Source of the DNA: Octopus sinensis
Taxonomy: Eukaryota
Reading direction: 5' to 3'
NCBI RefSeq assembly: GCF_006345805.1
Contig: NW_021835249.1
Location: 1 to 57,473 of the forward strand
DNA: 57,473 bases
In this document: positions 1-13,429 of the stretch, one piece after another
Layout of the letters: the number at the start of each line of letters is the position of its first letter
Position numbering within the stretch: the stretch's first letter is position 1
Notes under the pieces: generated by a model
What the model was told of the DNA's origin: nothing
What the model saw: the letters and a program-made list of their open reading frames with translations, nothing else
Databases searched by the model: none
Position numbers and translations under genes: made by a program

Positions 1-645
1 TGCATGCTGTTTTAATTAGCAATGAGGTTGGTGGACAAAAGTCTCCTCAAATCTCAAGAGTCTTCCTTTGGATTCCTGCAGAATATAAGACTGTACTTTT
101 CCGAAGGTCGACAATACGAATTTCAATTCCAAGCTCTTCCAGCCTTTTGGGTGTTGTTCCAAGTGCACCATTTACTACAAGAATAACTCTTGCCTTGATC
201 TTCCACAGTTTCCTAACTTCTCTGGCTAGATCTCAATATTTCTCATTTTTTTTCAATTTCTTTGATATTGACTCTCCTATCACAGGGAATGGCAAAATCT
301 GTGATCTTACAGTGTTTGTTTATTTTCTTTCCTATACCTGGTCTTCTTGCTTCAATAGTATGGTCAGTCTCTCTGGCGAAATCCCACAAGATCTTGTAAT
401 TCTCATTATCTATCATGCCTCTGGTAGGTGTTCACACCATTTTTTTTATCTTTTCAAGCCAAACACTCGGCTGGCATTCCAATTCACTGTTTTGCCTATA
501 CAGCCATGTCTGGGCTTATACTCCTTTTGAGATAGTGTACTGCACTCATTCAAAATCTGATTGAAACTCTCGTCTCCTTTCCTACAGATTCTATATTTCT
601 TGTCTGGCTGGATTTTGTCGATCTTTGCCTTTATCAGATTTATCG
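1..645 (-). mobile_element. Decayed 3' fragment of an R4/Dong-like non-LTR retrotransposon (CCHC-type zinc knuckle plus restriction-like endonuclease)
   Basis: Minus-strand ORF 446-664 reads KYRICRKGDESFNQILNECSTLSQKEYKPRHGCIGK (CxxC..E..HI..C..RH-type motif). A shifted frame continues NYKILWDF..DHTIEARRP..KITDFAIP..VNGALGT, as in REL domains. Frameshifts and stops are present. Confidence 0.8.
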
Positions 646-661
646 TCGTCGTCATCATCAT

Positions 662-898
662 CACTGACTGAGACAGCAGTGCATGCCATCAAAGCGACAC
701 TGGGGTACAATTATACGGAGCCCAATATACCCATCATGACTACCCGTCTGATAAGGGTACACCAGGCGCATGCATCATGTATGCGCGCTACATGGTGAAC
801 TTAAATCAAGATAAACCTCTCATGACATTGCAGGTGGGGTCCACTTAGAATTTTCTCCAGGCTGAGCAGCCCATCCCACTCCAAAGGTCCCTGAATAA
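662..898 (-). repeat. Unclassified interspersed repeat (SINE or LINE-tail like)
   Basis: Complex non-coding block with a (TGA)n-type tail at its 3' end on the minus strand. It resembles a common octopus repeat by recall only. Confidence 0.35.
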
Positions 899-899
899 T

Positions 900-1043
900 T
901 ATTATCATTATCACGCCATCAAAGTAACATCGTCATCATCATTGTTGCCGTCGTCGTCTTCACCATCATCATTATCATTACCATCATTACCATCTTCATC
1001 ATCGCCACCACCTACAGACTATCACCACAAGCACCACAATCGC

Positions 1044-1081
<38 letters not shown>

Positions 1082-1330
1082 ATTTCATCACCATCACCAC
1101 CACCACCACCACCACCACCACAACCATCACCACCACCACGACTAGCACCACCACCACCACCACCACCATCGGCATCAACACCACTGCCAACACCGCCACC
1201 ATCATCATCACCACTACAACAATTATCATAATCATCAACATCACCACCACCTCAATTAGCATCATCATCGTTGTCGTCATCATCGTCATCATCATCATCA
1301 TCATCACAACCGTCATCATTATTATGTGAT
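900..1330. repeat. (CAT)n/(CAC)n trinucleotide microsatellite
   Basis: Directly visible; explains the poly-His and poly-Met/Val ORFs. Confidence 0.95.
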
Positions 1331-1687
1331 ACATGTACTAACACACACACACACATACACACACACAACCACACGTACACCCCCACCCCCACCAAACACG
1401 GAAATTAGATAAACACTGCTACACAATCATTATTCAGACAGTGTTTCATGTTATTTACTATTGTTGTTGTTGTTGTTGTTGTTCTGGTTGTTTGTTGCCT
1501 TGTTTGTTAAGGCTGTGTTATTTTTTTTTACCTCCTCAGCCGCTAGGGTGCGCTCTGTTATTAGGTTCAATACCCTTACGACGGAATCAACTCTGGCGCC
1601 TAAAATATAGACTTTACTCTTTGAAGCCTGGTCATATATAGCCAGGGCAGGGGAGCGGCGGGGGGAGTAAATTTTGATAAGTCGGCC

Positions 1688-1732
1688 ATATATATATATG
1701 TATATATGTGTATATATACATATGTGTATGTA

Positions 1733-1776
<44 letters not shown>

Positions 1777-2566
1777 GCATACATACAGATACGTATATAT
1801 TATACAGACGTATATATCTATATAAGATATGTCTGTATATACATATATATATATATATATACATATATAGATACATGCATATTTATATATGCATATATAT
1901 ATTCATATATTCACATGTGTGTATATATATGTGTATATATATATATGTAAACATATACACATACACATGTTAATATATCTATCTAAAAGCATATCATATT
2001 TTCAGAATTATAGATAATTACACAGCAGCATATACATACACACACACACATACATACATACATACATACATACATACATACATACATACATACATACATA
2101 CATACACACACACTCATACATACATTACATACATAATACATACATACATACATACATACATACATACATAGAAGGATACATACATAGAAGGATACATACA
2201 TACATGCATGCATACATACATATAATTATGTAGGTATACATGTTGATGCAGATATGTATGTATATGTGTGTGTAAAATAAAGAATCAGTATATGTGTGTG
2301 TAAATGCATGTGTAAATACACATACATAGATGTATGCAAATGCATAAATATACCCATACAGACGTAAACTAATATGTTTGCATACGCAAAACATATTTAA
2401 GTGTGTTTCTGCCTATTTTGAATACAGAAAGCTATACACATTTATATATGTATGTATATATGTATCATATATGTGTGTGCGTGCATGTGTGTCTATGTGT
2501 GTATGTGTGTGAGTGTGTGCGCACGCGTGTATATACACATACATATATGCATATAAATATATATAA

Positions 2567-2637
<71 letters not shown>

Positions 2638-2872
2638 GCAGTTTTCTACGGTTGGTATATATATAAAACATATCAAGTATCAAGATTGATATTTAAAGAG
2701 ATATTTAGATTATAAAGCCAAGATAAGTGGGGAATAACAATCATTTTACGCACACACACACACACACACACCACGCGCACACACACACACACACACCACA
2801 CACATACAAACACACATACACTCACAGACACACACACTCAGCAAGCAGATACACACATACACACAAGCGTGT

Positions 2873-2953
<81 letters not shown>

Positions 2954-3477
2954 CGTGTGTGGTGTATGTGTGCATATATATATATATGTACGTATGTATA
3001 TTTGTATATATGTGCGTGGGTTTGTGTGTGAGTGAATGTGTGCGCGTGTGTGTGAGTGAATATATGTATATGTAAGCTTACGTATACACATATATACATA
3101 CATGTATATATATATAAGCGCATATATAATACAAATGATCCTATATACGTATATACATACACACACACAAACACACACGCACATATATATCAACAGACAT
3201 ACACGCGCGCGCACACATTACTTCATAATTATATATGATCTCTCTTTCATGGCACTGTCCTCTCCCTCTCTGTTTCTACATAAATATAAATGCACATATA
3301 TACATACTTGTGTGTGTGTGATAGAGAGAGAGAGAGAGAGAGAGAAGAGAAAGAAAGAAAGAGAGAGTGGGAGGGGAGGTTGTGTATGTTATGAGAGGGA
3401 GTGTATGCGTGCGCATTCGGATAAGGCTATGGTGAGCTGGAGAGAGGGTGAGAGAGGGAAGATATAGATATATAGAG

Positions 3478-3561
<84 letters not shown>

Positions 3562-3609
3562 AGGGAGAGAGAAAGATAGATAGATAGATGGATAGAGAGA
3601 CAGACAGCC

Positions 3610-3679
<70 letters not shown>

Positions 3680-3703
3680 CCAACCAGACAGACAGACAGA
3701 CAG

Positions 3704-3772
<69 letters not shown>

Positions 3773-4065
3773 GAGAGACAGAGAGATAGACAGAAAGAGA
3801 GAGAAAGAGAGAGAGAGTTAGAAAGTTTAGAAGGCTGAGTGACCCTCAGTGAAGTGTGTATATGTGTATGTGTGTGTATGTGTATGTTTGTGTGTGTATG
3901 TGTGTGTTTGTGTGTGTATGTGTGTGTTTGTGTGTGTATGTGTGTGTTTGTGTGTGTGTGTGTGTGTGTTTGTGTGTGTATGTGTATGTGTGTGTTTGTG
4001 TGTGTGTTTGTGTGTGTATGTGTATGTGTGTGTTTGTGTGTGTGTGTGTGGTTGTGTGTTGTGTA

Positions 4066-4099
<34 letters not shown>

Positions 4100-4124
4100 T
4101 GTGTGTGTATGTGTATGTGTGTGT

Positions 4125-4159
<35 letters not shown>

Positions 4160-4442
4160 GTTTGTGTGTGTATGTGTATGTGTGTGTTTGTGTGTGTGTG
4201 TGGTTGTGTGTGTATGTGTATGTGTGTTTGTGTGTGTGTGTGTGTGTTTGTGTGTGTATGTGTATGTGTGTGTTTGTGTGTGTGTGTGTGTTTGTGTGTG
4301 TATGTGTGTGTTTGTGTGTGTATGTGTATGTTGTTTTTGTGTGTTTGGTGTGGTGTGTGGGTTGTTGTGTGTGTATGTGTATGTGGTGGTTTGGTGTGTT
4401 GTGTGTGGTTGTGGTTGTGTGGGTGTGGTGGTGTGTAGTGTA

Positions 4443-4475
<33 letters not shown>

Positions 4476-4572
4476 GTGTTTGTGTGTGTATGTGATGTGT
4501 GTTTGTGTGTGTGTGTGTGTGTTTGCGTGTGTATGTGTGTATTTGTGTGTGTATGTGTGTGTTTGTGTGTGT
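1688..4572. repeat. Compound microsatellite field: (TA)n, (TACA)n, (CA)n, (GA)n, (TAGA)n, (CAGA)n, (TG)n
   Basis: Directly visible; includes (TAGA)n at ~3470-3720 and a degenerate (TG)n at ~3850-4570. Confidence 0.95.
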
Positions 4573-4818
4573 TGTATTACCATAGAGAGCGACGGTATGC
4601 TTGCGTCCGATTACTCAACGTAATCCGTTCCTGCATCATAACAAATTATTTCTACATCGGATCTCTCCCCTGTTTCCTAAGTATCCACGCCACACACACG
4701 CACACACTTACATACACACATACACATACACATACACATGCCAGTGCACATGCGCACAGGAATCTATGGCTCTGTGGTGAAGAATTTCGAGGAATCCTGT
4801 TTAGTCCCACTGTGCAGT

Positions 4819-5230
4819 TACTTCACTCTTTTACTTGCTTCAGTCATTTGACTGCGGCCATGCTGGAGCACCGGCTTCAGTCGAGCAAATCGACCCCAGG
4901 ACTTATTCTTTGGAAACCTAGTACTTATTCTATCGGTGTCTTTTGCTGATCCGCTAAATTACCGAGTCGTAAACATACCAGCATCGGTTGTGAAGCGATG
5001 TTGGGGGGACAAACACAGACACACAAACATATCTGCACACATACATATATATACATATACATATATATATCATGGGCTTCTTTCAGTTTCCGTCTACCAA
5101 ATCCAATCACAAGGTTTTGGTCGGCCCGTGGCTATAGTAGAAGACATATACCCAAGTTGCCACACAGTGGAACTGAACCCAGAATCATGCTGTTGGTAAG
5201 CAATGTACTTACCACACCCACTTCTTCGCC
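4819..5230 (-). mobile_element. tRNA-derived SINE family A, full length
   Basis: Matches the family shared by at least 15 copies in the window: head with A/B-box-like motifs, CORE-like ccttgggcaagtgtc, internal (TA)(TG) tract, and 3' cagtcaaatgactgaaacaagtaaaagag tail. Confidence 0.92.
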
Positions 5231-5270
5231 TTTGGGAATAAATGTGTTAGAACCGCTGTAACTCTCTCTG

Positions 5271-5311
<41 letters not shown>

Positions 5312-5398
5312 TCTGCGTACGTGTGTGATTCACCTGATAAAGTATATGACTCAACAGAAATTTAGGGCATTCTTTAAATGATTGGCACAAATTTTATA

Positions 5399-5820
5399 GG
5401 CGCAGGAGTGGCTGTGTGGTAAGTAGCTTGCTTACCAACCACACAGTTCCGGGTTCAGTCCCACTGCGTGGCACCTTGGGCAAGTGTCTTCTACTATAGC
5501 CTCAGACCGACCAAAGCCTTGTGAGTGGATTTGGTAGACGGAAACTGAAAGAAGCCCGTCATATATATATGTATGTATATATATGTATGTGTGTGTGTGT
5601 GTTTGTGTGTCTGTGTTTGTCTCACCAACATCGCTTGACAACCGATGCTGGTGTGTTTACGCCCCCGTTACTTAGCGGTTCGGCAAAAGAGACCGATAGG
5701 ATAGGAACTAGGCTTACAAAGAATAAGTCCTGGGGTCGATTTGCTCGACTAAAAGGCGGTGCTCCAGCATGGCCGCAGTCAAATGACTGTAACAAGTAAA
5801 AGAGTAAAAGAGTAAAAGAG
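5399..5820 (+). mobile_element. SINE family A, full length
   Basis: ggcgcaggagtggctgtgtggtaag head, gggttcagtccc B box, and (gtaaaaga)n tail. Confidence 0.95.
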
Positions 5821-6040
5821 TTCCAAGTTCCAGAACTCGTTTCCGATCATCAGCTGTGTTTAACATGTAAAATTGGTGGATCCAATAACGTTACAGCGCT
5901 GTATTTAGGGGCTATTTAATCCTTCATGACCTGGAGGGGTCCCCTGGAACCTCAGCAAATTTTAAAAGTTATGCAACTTTTACATTTTTTATTTAAATGA
6001 TTTTACATCTCGTGACATCTCGTTTATGAATGCAAATACT

Positions 6041-6447
6041 CTCTCTTTTACTCTTTTACTTGTTTCAGTCAGTTGACTGCGGCCATGCTGGAGCACCGCC
6101 TTTAGTCGAGCAACTCGAACCCGGGACTTATTCTTTTGTAAGCCCAGTACTTATTCTATCGGTCTCTTTTGCCGAACCGCTAAGTGACGGGGACATAAAC
6201 ACACCAGCATCGGTTGTCAAGCAATGCTAGGGGGACAAACACAGACACACAAACATATACACACACACACATATATATACGTATATACGACGGGCTTCTT
6301 TTTCAGTTTCCGTCAACCAAATCCACTCACAAGGCTTTGGTCGGCCCAGGGCTATAGCAGGAGACACTTGCCCACGATGCCATGCAGTGGGACTGAACCC
6401 GGAAACATGTGGTTGGTTAGCAAGCTACTTACCACACAGCCACTTTC
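6041..6447 (-). mobile_element. SINE family A, full length
   Basis: Reverse complement of the 5399-5820 copy. Confidence 0.95.
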
Positions 6448-6984
6448 CAAACTTATGGATGTTGCAGCATAAAATATGGCCATTTGGTTCCAACTGGACC
6501 CCATTGGCCATCTGTGAAATTTTTTTTCCTGTTCCTTTTTCAGATATTTTCTTCGTATTTTCAATTTTCATATTCAATTTTCTTCGTATTTGTTCAGGTA
6601 TGAATCGATATACTAAATAATTTTGTTTTACTTTATATTTAGTGTTATATATATATAGTTTATAAAACTATAAAAAATATTGATTTCTTTCAATAAATGA
6701 TTTTTTTTTTCAGTCAATAAATTATATTTTAATTCCCCTCCATTAAACGCTAATAATTACAAATATATACCTATAAAGTGCTAAATTTCTTGCTTTGTAT
6801 CATGCACTCACACAAGATTAAACAAATATTACTTTATGGCTAGAGCGGAAATGGGCAATAATAAAAGTGGACCCCAATGGCCTTTTGTGTAATTCCAACC
6901 CTGCCGGCCCACAAAGTGTTATACAATGTGTTTGTGAATGATTAAGGGGTTGGATGGGAGCTGATGAAGGAGCAAAACCTCTCG

Positions 6985-7115
6985 AAATTTGGCATGTAAA
7001 TCCATTACCCTTTTTCCATCTTCAATCTCATTGTTTGTTTACATCTGACATTTTTGATATGAAACATCATAATGAAAACTAGTTCTGGTTTTAATTAATT
7101 TCTTCGCAACTTACA
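6985..7115 (-). mobile_element. Possible mariner 5' end fragment
   Basis: Minus strand resembles a mariner 5' UTR and N-terminus (MDLHAKFREVLLLH); no TIR confirmed. Confidence 0.3.
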
Positions 7116-7159
7116 TATATATATATATATATAATTATAAGTAGGGCTCAGCTACTTCT

Positions 7160-7285
7160 CTTTAGCCAACTCCCAACAGGAAGATTAGTTGGAGGGCTAC
7201 TCTTGCGTTTAAAAGACGAGCGAAAAGACAATCTGAAGCGATACAACATTCCCTTTTCTTCCTGGGAAAACAAAGCAACAATTTT
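7160..7285 (+). mobile_element. RTE-clade LINE 3' ORF fragment (copy 1)
   Basis: Encodes degenerate QLPTGR..GGLLLRLKDERKDNLKRYNIPFSSWENKA; near-identical to 8590-8745. Confidence 0.75.
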
Positions 7286-7502
7286 GCCAGCTCACTGCCT
7301 GCCTATTTATTCATGCATAATCGCTGGAGTCGATATGAAAAAGGTAAAGCCTCACCTGGTCACAGCCTAATCACTGAAAAAAAGTAAGACTAAAGAGTAA
7401 AAATGATATAAAGAAGTACATGTTCAAATGGTCATGGTGCTGCTTCTTCGCTGATTTTGCTTTTCTTTATCACTGACCCTCATCCTCTTCCTGCAGGTCT
7501 TC

Positions 7503-7713
7503 TTAACCTTTTAGCAATCAAATTACCTTATCAAATGTAATGTTTATTTATTCACATTATTTTGAATTAATCATGCATTATCTTGTAGCTTTGAGATTTG
7601 ATAATGTGATTGGTTATTTTTAGAATGACATTGCAGGGGAGGTGTGAGAGACCAGCTCTGCTCCGTTTGAACATAAACCATATAGAATATTTGTTTAAAC
7701 GCTAAAGAGTCAA
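7503..7713. mobile_element. piggyBac-like MITE (degenerate)
   Basis: Ends are ttaaccttttagc and gctaaagagtcaa, an imperfect TTAA-CCCTTTAGC TIR pair; no coding capacity. Confidence 0.6.
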
Positions 7714-7719
7714 GCCTTT

Positions 7720-8585
7720 GACCGTCTCTAGTTTCCAGAGGCATCGATTATCAGCAATGTCTTTCACTTTTGTATGTCCATGTAAATAAACGCTTCACGT
7801 CTTCCTTGCAGATATTTTGAAATCGAGCATGGGATTGACCTCGTGTTCTCTTGCAGGATGCTGGTTCACCATACAGTTGGTGTTTTAGAAACCACCTGTC
7901 TAACATGCGGAAGCGACGTTACTGCAGTAAATTGAGAAATCTGTGTATTGCGCACGATCTCACGATCCCATCCTTGGTCACTTGATCAGTCCATTTGATG
8001 TTCAGTGCCCGTCTCAGGCCATGTACAGTAAGTTCACCGTCATCAATTCACCGCAGGGAAAGTTCACCGTGCATGACCGAATGAGGTATTTGCAGAAAGG
8101 ACATCCTCCAGTAACTTGAACTTTCGCCCTTTATTTCGCTGTCATGCCAGTCACATCAATAGGTTGCTTAATAAGTGGACTCATAGTCTGCATCTGCTTT
8201 CGGTTGAAGTGGCATCTAGCTGCACACCTAAGAGTGACTTGTCTTGCAGTCGGTAATCTGGAAGGACCGAGTCATTAACACATTCCTCAAGTGGAAGCTT
8301 CTTGTGAGTTCCTGGCGTAGTTGGTTTCAGTTTTTGAAACAGAGATGTCTCCAAGAGTCTTTGTGCTAAGTTTTATTGTGTAAATGTTTGTGGCACAAAT
8401 TCTATGGAGTGTTGCCTTTCATACTGCTTCAGGTAGTTTGACCGAGATTCGTAACCGGTGACCACTGTAGGGTTAAGTCACCAAGCAGTTGTAGCGGTTC
8501 ATAGATTGGAATATCCTGAATTTTCCTTCAGCGTTGATCACAGAATACATCCTTGTATTTTGTGTAGAGTATAATGTCGGAGATA
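7720..8585 (-). mobile_element. Decayed RTE LINE C-terminal fragments
   Basis: Minus strand gives RRALNIKWTDQVT, KHQLYGEPASCKRTRGQ and a second LLGDLT..SSMKATL block; many stops and frameshifts. Confidence 0.7.
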
Positions 8586-8589
8586 GACA

Positions 8590-8745
8590 TTGACAAGGTC
8601 GACAAGTTCATTATTGTTCAAATTATTGGCGTCAACTCCCAACAGGAAGGCAAGTTGGAAGGATACTCTTGCGTTTAAAAGACAAACTAAAAGATAATCT
8701 GAAGCGATACAACATTCCCTTTTTGTCCTGGGAAAACAAAGCACC
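8590..8745 (+). mobile_element. RTE-clade LINE 3' ORF fragment (copy 2)
   Basis: QLPTG..VGRILLRLKDKLKDNLKRYNIPFLSWENKA-like; duplicate of 7160-7285. Confidence 0.75.
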
Positions 8746-8752
8746 AAAGTTC

Positions 8753-8987
8753 AAGGCGGCGAGCTGGCAGAAACGTTAGCACGCAGGGCGAAATGCTTAG
8801 TGGTATTTCGTCTGCCGTTACGTTCTGAGTTCAAATTCCGCCGAGGTCGACTTTGCCTTTCATCCTTTCTGGGTCGATAAATTAAGTACCAGTTACGCAC
8901 TGGTGTCGATGTAATCGACTTAATCCCTTTGTCTGTCCTTGTTTGTCCCCTCTATGTTTAGCCCCTTGTGGGCGATAAAGAAATAAG
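8753..8987 (+). mobile_element. tRNA-derived SINE family B (B1 tail), full length
   Basis: ggcggcgagctggcagaaacgttagc head, gagttcaaattcc B box, and 3' gccccttgtggg..aaagaaata tail. Confidence 0.93.
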
Positions 8988-8992
8988 TTTGA

Positions 8993-9335
8993 CAAGTCCA
9001 TTGAACGTATGGAGTCGAGGTGAGAAACTCTACCCAGTCTCTAGTTCTCTGGGCTGGACCATCTTTTGCAAAGTCAGCATAACTTACCCTAATCTCATCT
9101 ATGTCCTTTCCTTGCCAGTAAGAAGTTTATTCTCTCTCATACAGAATCCCAGAATCTGCAACAAGTAGCGAAGATCACTTGATATTTAAAAAGTTCTTTG
9201 TTAGTCACTGTAATCCTTCGTGTGTTACTGGTATCAGGCGATTATCTGATAATGCTGTGGTCATCGTCTGTACATTCCACCACCTTAGTCTCAATACTGA
9301 CACCTTAAGCCAATTTGTAATCGCATTTGCAATAT
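8993..9335 (-). mobile_element. RTE LINE apurinic-endonuclease N-terminal fragment
   Basis: Minus strand gives LRLRWWNVQTM..NKELFKYQ..DSGILYERE.TSYWQGKDIDE, matching the APE motifs (WNVRT..FFWQGK) typical of RTE. Confidence 0.7.
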
Positions 9336-9340
9336 TTACC

Positions 9341-9571
9341 TATTTCTTTACTACCCTCAAGGGGCTAAACACAGAGGGGACAAACAAGGACAGACACATT
9401 GCTTAAGTCTATTACATCGACCCCAGAGCGTAACTGGTACTTAATTTATCAATCCCGAAAGGATGAAAGGCAAAGTCGACCTCGGCGGAGTTTGAACTCA
9501 GAACGTAACAGCAGACGAAATACGGCTACGCATTTCGCCCGGAGTGCTAACGTTTCTGCCAGCTCACCGCC
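9341..9571 (-). mobile_element. SINE family B1, full length with 14-bp TSD
   Basis: TSD ttgcaatatttacc (9327-9340) / ttgcgatatttacc (9572-9585), one mismatch. Confidence 0.95.
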
Positions 9572-9631
9572 TTGCGATATTTACCACCGGCGATTACATT
9601 TACTTGTATCCCTAATTCCCACTCGCCCAGC

Positions 9632-10256
<625 letters not shown>

Positions 10257-10289
10257 AAATATATATTCATATATATATTTATAAATGTT

Positions 10290-10585
10290 TCTCTCTTTAT
10301 ATGTGTGTGTGAGTGTGGTGTATATGTGAGTGTGCGTGTATGTGTGTGTACGTGTGAGTATGTGTATGTGTGTGTATAGATAGACAGACAGACAGACCAG
10401 ACATGGATAGGCAGCCTGATTGACAAATGAAGTTAAACGAAGAAAAATCAAGAGAATGAGAGAAAGAGAAAGAGTGATGAGAGAGGGAGAGAGAAGAGAG
10501 AGAGGGAGGAAAAGAGGGAGAGAAGGAGAGTGATAAAGAGTGAGAAAGAGAGTGAGAGAGAAGGAGGGAGAGAGAGCTGATAAAT
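10290..10585. repeat. (TG)n and GA-rich low-complexity tract
   Basis: Directly visible. Confidence 0.85.
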
Positions 10586-11134
10586 ATATTCATCACTCAG
10601 ATCACACCACACTTCACGCCTCTTCCAAACCAATCTACCTCTCATTATATGTATTTAAAGGGTGCATATTTAGGAGTAGGTTGTGAGTGGAAGGTGAGAC
10701 TGTATATTTAGAAGATGAGGGGAGTACGGTCACGACGTTGTGTGCATGTCTGTATGTGCCTTTACCTTTTTTTAAAATCTTTTTCTAAGGTTTCGTTGTA
10801 GCCGTCATGTTTAAGTATAATATTGAATATCCGGGTGGCGTCATTGCTATAGCAGACGACAGCATATATGTCGTCTGCGTCTTGAGGCGTCAATTTCTAT
10901 GTCGGCCATACTGGTATGAACTCTAAAGCAGATTAAGGGAGAAAAAATCTGGAAGAAAAAGATAGGATTGAGGTAAGAGAATTACATTACCTACCTGGAT
11001 TTAATGAAGGCAAAGGTAAAGACTTAGTTGCTTACGCTTTATTGTTGTTGTTGTTGTTGTGTCGTGCTAACTAATGTTTAGAGTTCTTGTTGCCGCAGTT
11101 GCTGATATTGGTAATGACACCTTAAGTAAATGGA

Positions 11135-11420
11135 ACAATGATGGTAACGATGTTGATGAGGAGGAGAACAATGACGACAACAGAGGCGATGACGACAACG
11201 ATGTTGATATGGATAACGACGACAATGATGATGACGGTGATTGTTATAAGGATGATGGTGATGGTAATGATGACGACGACGGCAACGAAGATGATGAAGA
11301 CGGTGATGATGATAATCATCATGGCGACGATGATGATGCAGACGATAATTCTGTTGATCATAATGACAATGAAAGTGGCGATGATGGGGCGGTAGTAGTG
11401 TGGTGGTGGTAGTGGTGATC
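11135..11420. repeat. Degenerate (GAT/GAC)n microsatellite
   Basis: Directly visible; source of the Asp-rich ORF 11074-11412. Confidence 0.85.
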
Positions 11421-11530
11421 GTGATAAGATTTTCGTAATCAAATAAAGAAACGGATGAAACTCACCAAAGACAACAATCGCAACGGCATCCATAAATATA
11501 TTAAAGCATGCGCATGCAGTTCTGTATACC

Positions 11531-11587
<57 letters not shown>

Positions 11588-11635
11588 TGTGGTGTGTGTG
11601 TGTGTGTGTGTGTGTGTGTATTACATTTACATATA

Positions 11636-11748
11636 CAAGACTTATACACACCCTGATACCGTCTGTATCTACATATCAAATTTGAGCGCAATCGGATGGA
11701 GGATGCGCCAGATCCGAGAAAACACAGACAGACAGAACAGATTTTATA
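11636..11748 (-). mobile_element. 5' fragment of a non-autonomous Helitron-like element, cut by the mariner insertion
   Basis: Minus strand reads tataaaatctgttctgtctgtctgtg..catccgattgcgctcaaatttg, the TA-rich start plus (TCTG)n layout typical of DINE/Lep1-type non-autonomous Helitrons. Confidence 0.45.
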
Positions 11749-12621
11749 TGAGATGGTGTCAAAAACGTCCCAGACCAGTTCCGTAGCGTGCCAACAGATG
11801 GCAGCACACGGTTGCATGTGCAGTGAGAGCTTACAGTAACCTTCATGTGGAAGTGTGCCGAGTGACATTACTGTGTTTATTTTGCAAGTTGTGAAATTTG
11901 TGTTTTTGTGATTACGTGTAGTCTGCGATTTTTGTCATGGATAGGAAATTGGAACAAAAACCCAACGGAATTTTGCATTAAACTTGGAAAGTCTGCTACA
12001 GGAACAGTGAGCATGCTTCAGCAAGCTTGCAGCTATGAGGCAATGTTTCGAGTGGCACGGGCATTTCAAAAGCAGAAGAACGTCCATAAAAGACGATGAG
12101 AAATCTGGAAGACCTGCCACGAGCGTCACCCCGCCCACAGAAATATGGTATTGGGCATCGAGAATTTGTGCCCCGCGGCCACACCGTCAATCGAGAGTTC
12201 TTGTGCGATATTTTGAAACGTTGGAGGGAGGACATTCGGCGAAAGCGACCGGATCTGTGTATCTTCTACGAGTTCTCTACACTCGTGAGTTTCTCGCCAA
12301 AAAACAATATGGTAACGCTTCTGCTTCCGCCCTTTTCGCCAGATTTAGCACCTGCGAAATTCCATCTCTTCCCCAAGATGAAAAGGCAGCCCAAAGGTCG
12401 CTGTTTTAACATTGTCAAAATCAAGAGCGAATCGTAGAAGATGCTCGACTCGCTTACGGAACACGACTTCAAGGCCAGATTCCGAAAGCAGCAGGATCGC
12501 TAGGACCAGTGTATTGTTGCGCAAGGTGACTATTTCCAAGGAGATGATGCTAAAACTTAAGTAAATTAATTATTTTTTTTATTAAACATAGCTAATTCGG
12601 GAACCTTTTGATACCACCTCG
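11749..12621 (+). mobile_element. Internally deleted mariner (Tc1/mariner) transposon with TIRs and TA TSD
   Basis: TIRs tgagatggtgtcaaaaacgtccc and the reverse complement of gggaaccttttgataccacctcg, flanked by TA at 11747-48 and 12622-23. Transposase remnants: FCIKLGKSATGT, FEWHGHFKSRRTSIKDDEKSGRP, PPFSPDLAPAKFHLFPKMK. Confidence 0.92.
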
Positions 12622-12633
12622 TATGTATGTATG

Positions 12634-12667
<34 letters not shown>

Positions 12668-12995
12668 TGTATGTATGTATGTATGTATGTATGTATGTAT
12701 GTATGGATGGATGGATGTATGTATGGATGTATGCATGTATGGATCTATGTATGTTTGTATGCATGTATGTATGTGTGTATGTATATATGTATGTATGTAT
12801 GGATGGATGGCTGGATGGATGTATGGAGGTATGTATGGATGTATGTATGTATGCATGTTTGTATGCATGTATGTATGTATGTATATATGGATGTATTTAT
12901 GTATGAATGTATATCATTATTCAGTTTATTTCAATATATATATATATATATATATATATATCGTCTGTGTGTGCTGATATATATATATGTGTGTG

Positions 12996-13026
<31 letters not shown>

Positions 13027-13030
13027 ATGT
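12622..13030. repeat. (TATG)n/(GGAT)n/(TA)n/(TG)n microsatellites
   Basis: Directly visible. Confidence 0.95.
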
Positions 13031-13197
13031 ATGGATGTGTGTGTCTTTGTCTCTGTGTTTGTCCACCCCATCATCGCTTCACAACTTGGCTTAAATATAA
13101 GTTCTAGGCTCGACTTCCTCGACTAAAACACTTCACAGCGATGCTCCAGCATGACCGCAGTCAAATGACTAAAACAAGTAAAAGAATAAAAGAATAT
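13030..13197 (+). mobile_element. SINE family A, 3' half with internal deletion
   Basis: catcgcttcacaac..atgctccagcatgaccgcagtcaaatgactaaaacaagtaaaag. Confidence 0.85.
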
Positions 13198-13429
13198 CAC
13201 CCCCCCCCACACACACACACTCATACATATACATACAGATAGAAATAAATAAATACGGATACGCAAACACACATACAGACAGACACACACATACCCGTAT
13301 ACATAAGAGCTATATTTTGAGATAAAACGGCTTTTACTGTCAACAACAATAGGTGCAAAGAGAGCTTGGCGACGGGTTTCCGGGTAGATATTTCCTGTAC
13401 AGACAAACAAACATATAGCAACCAGTTCA

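Noticed and set aside
6961-7010. CTGATGA..CTCGAAA hammerhead-like core
   Set aside because: Stem III can form but stem I cannot pair, and stem II has extra bases; it overlaps a possible mariner fragment.
10852-10878. 10-bp perfect hairpin gcagacgaca-gcatata-tgtcgtctgc
   Set aside because: A stem of this length is expected by chance about once in a window this size; no terminal signature.
11074-11412. Asp/Asn-rich ORF with an ATG start
   Set aside because: It coincides with a decayed (GAT)n tract that is open on both strands; no domain.
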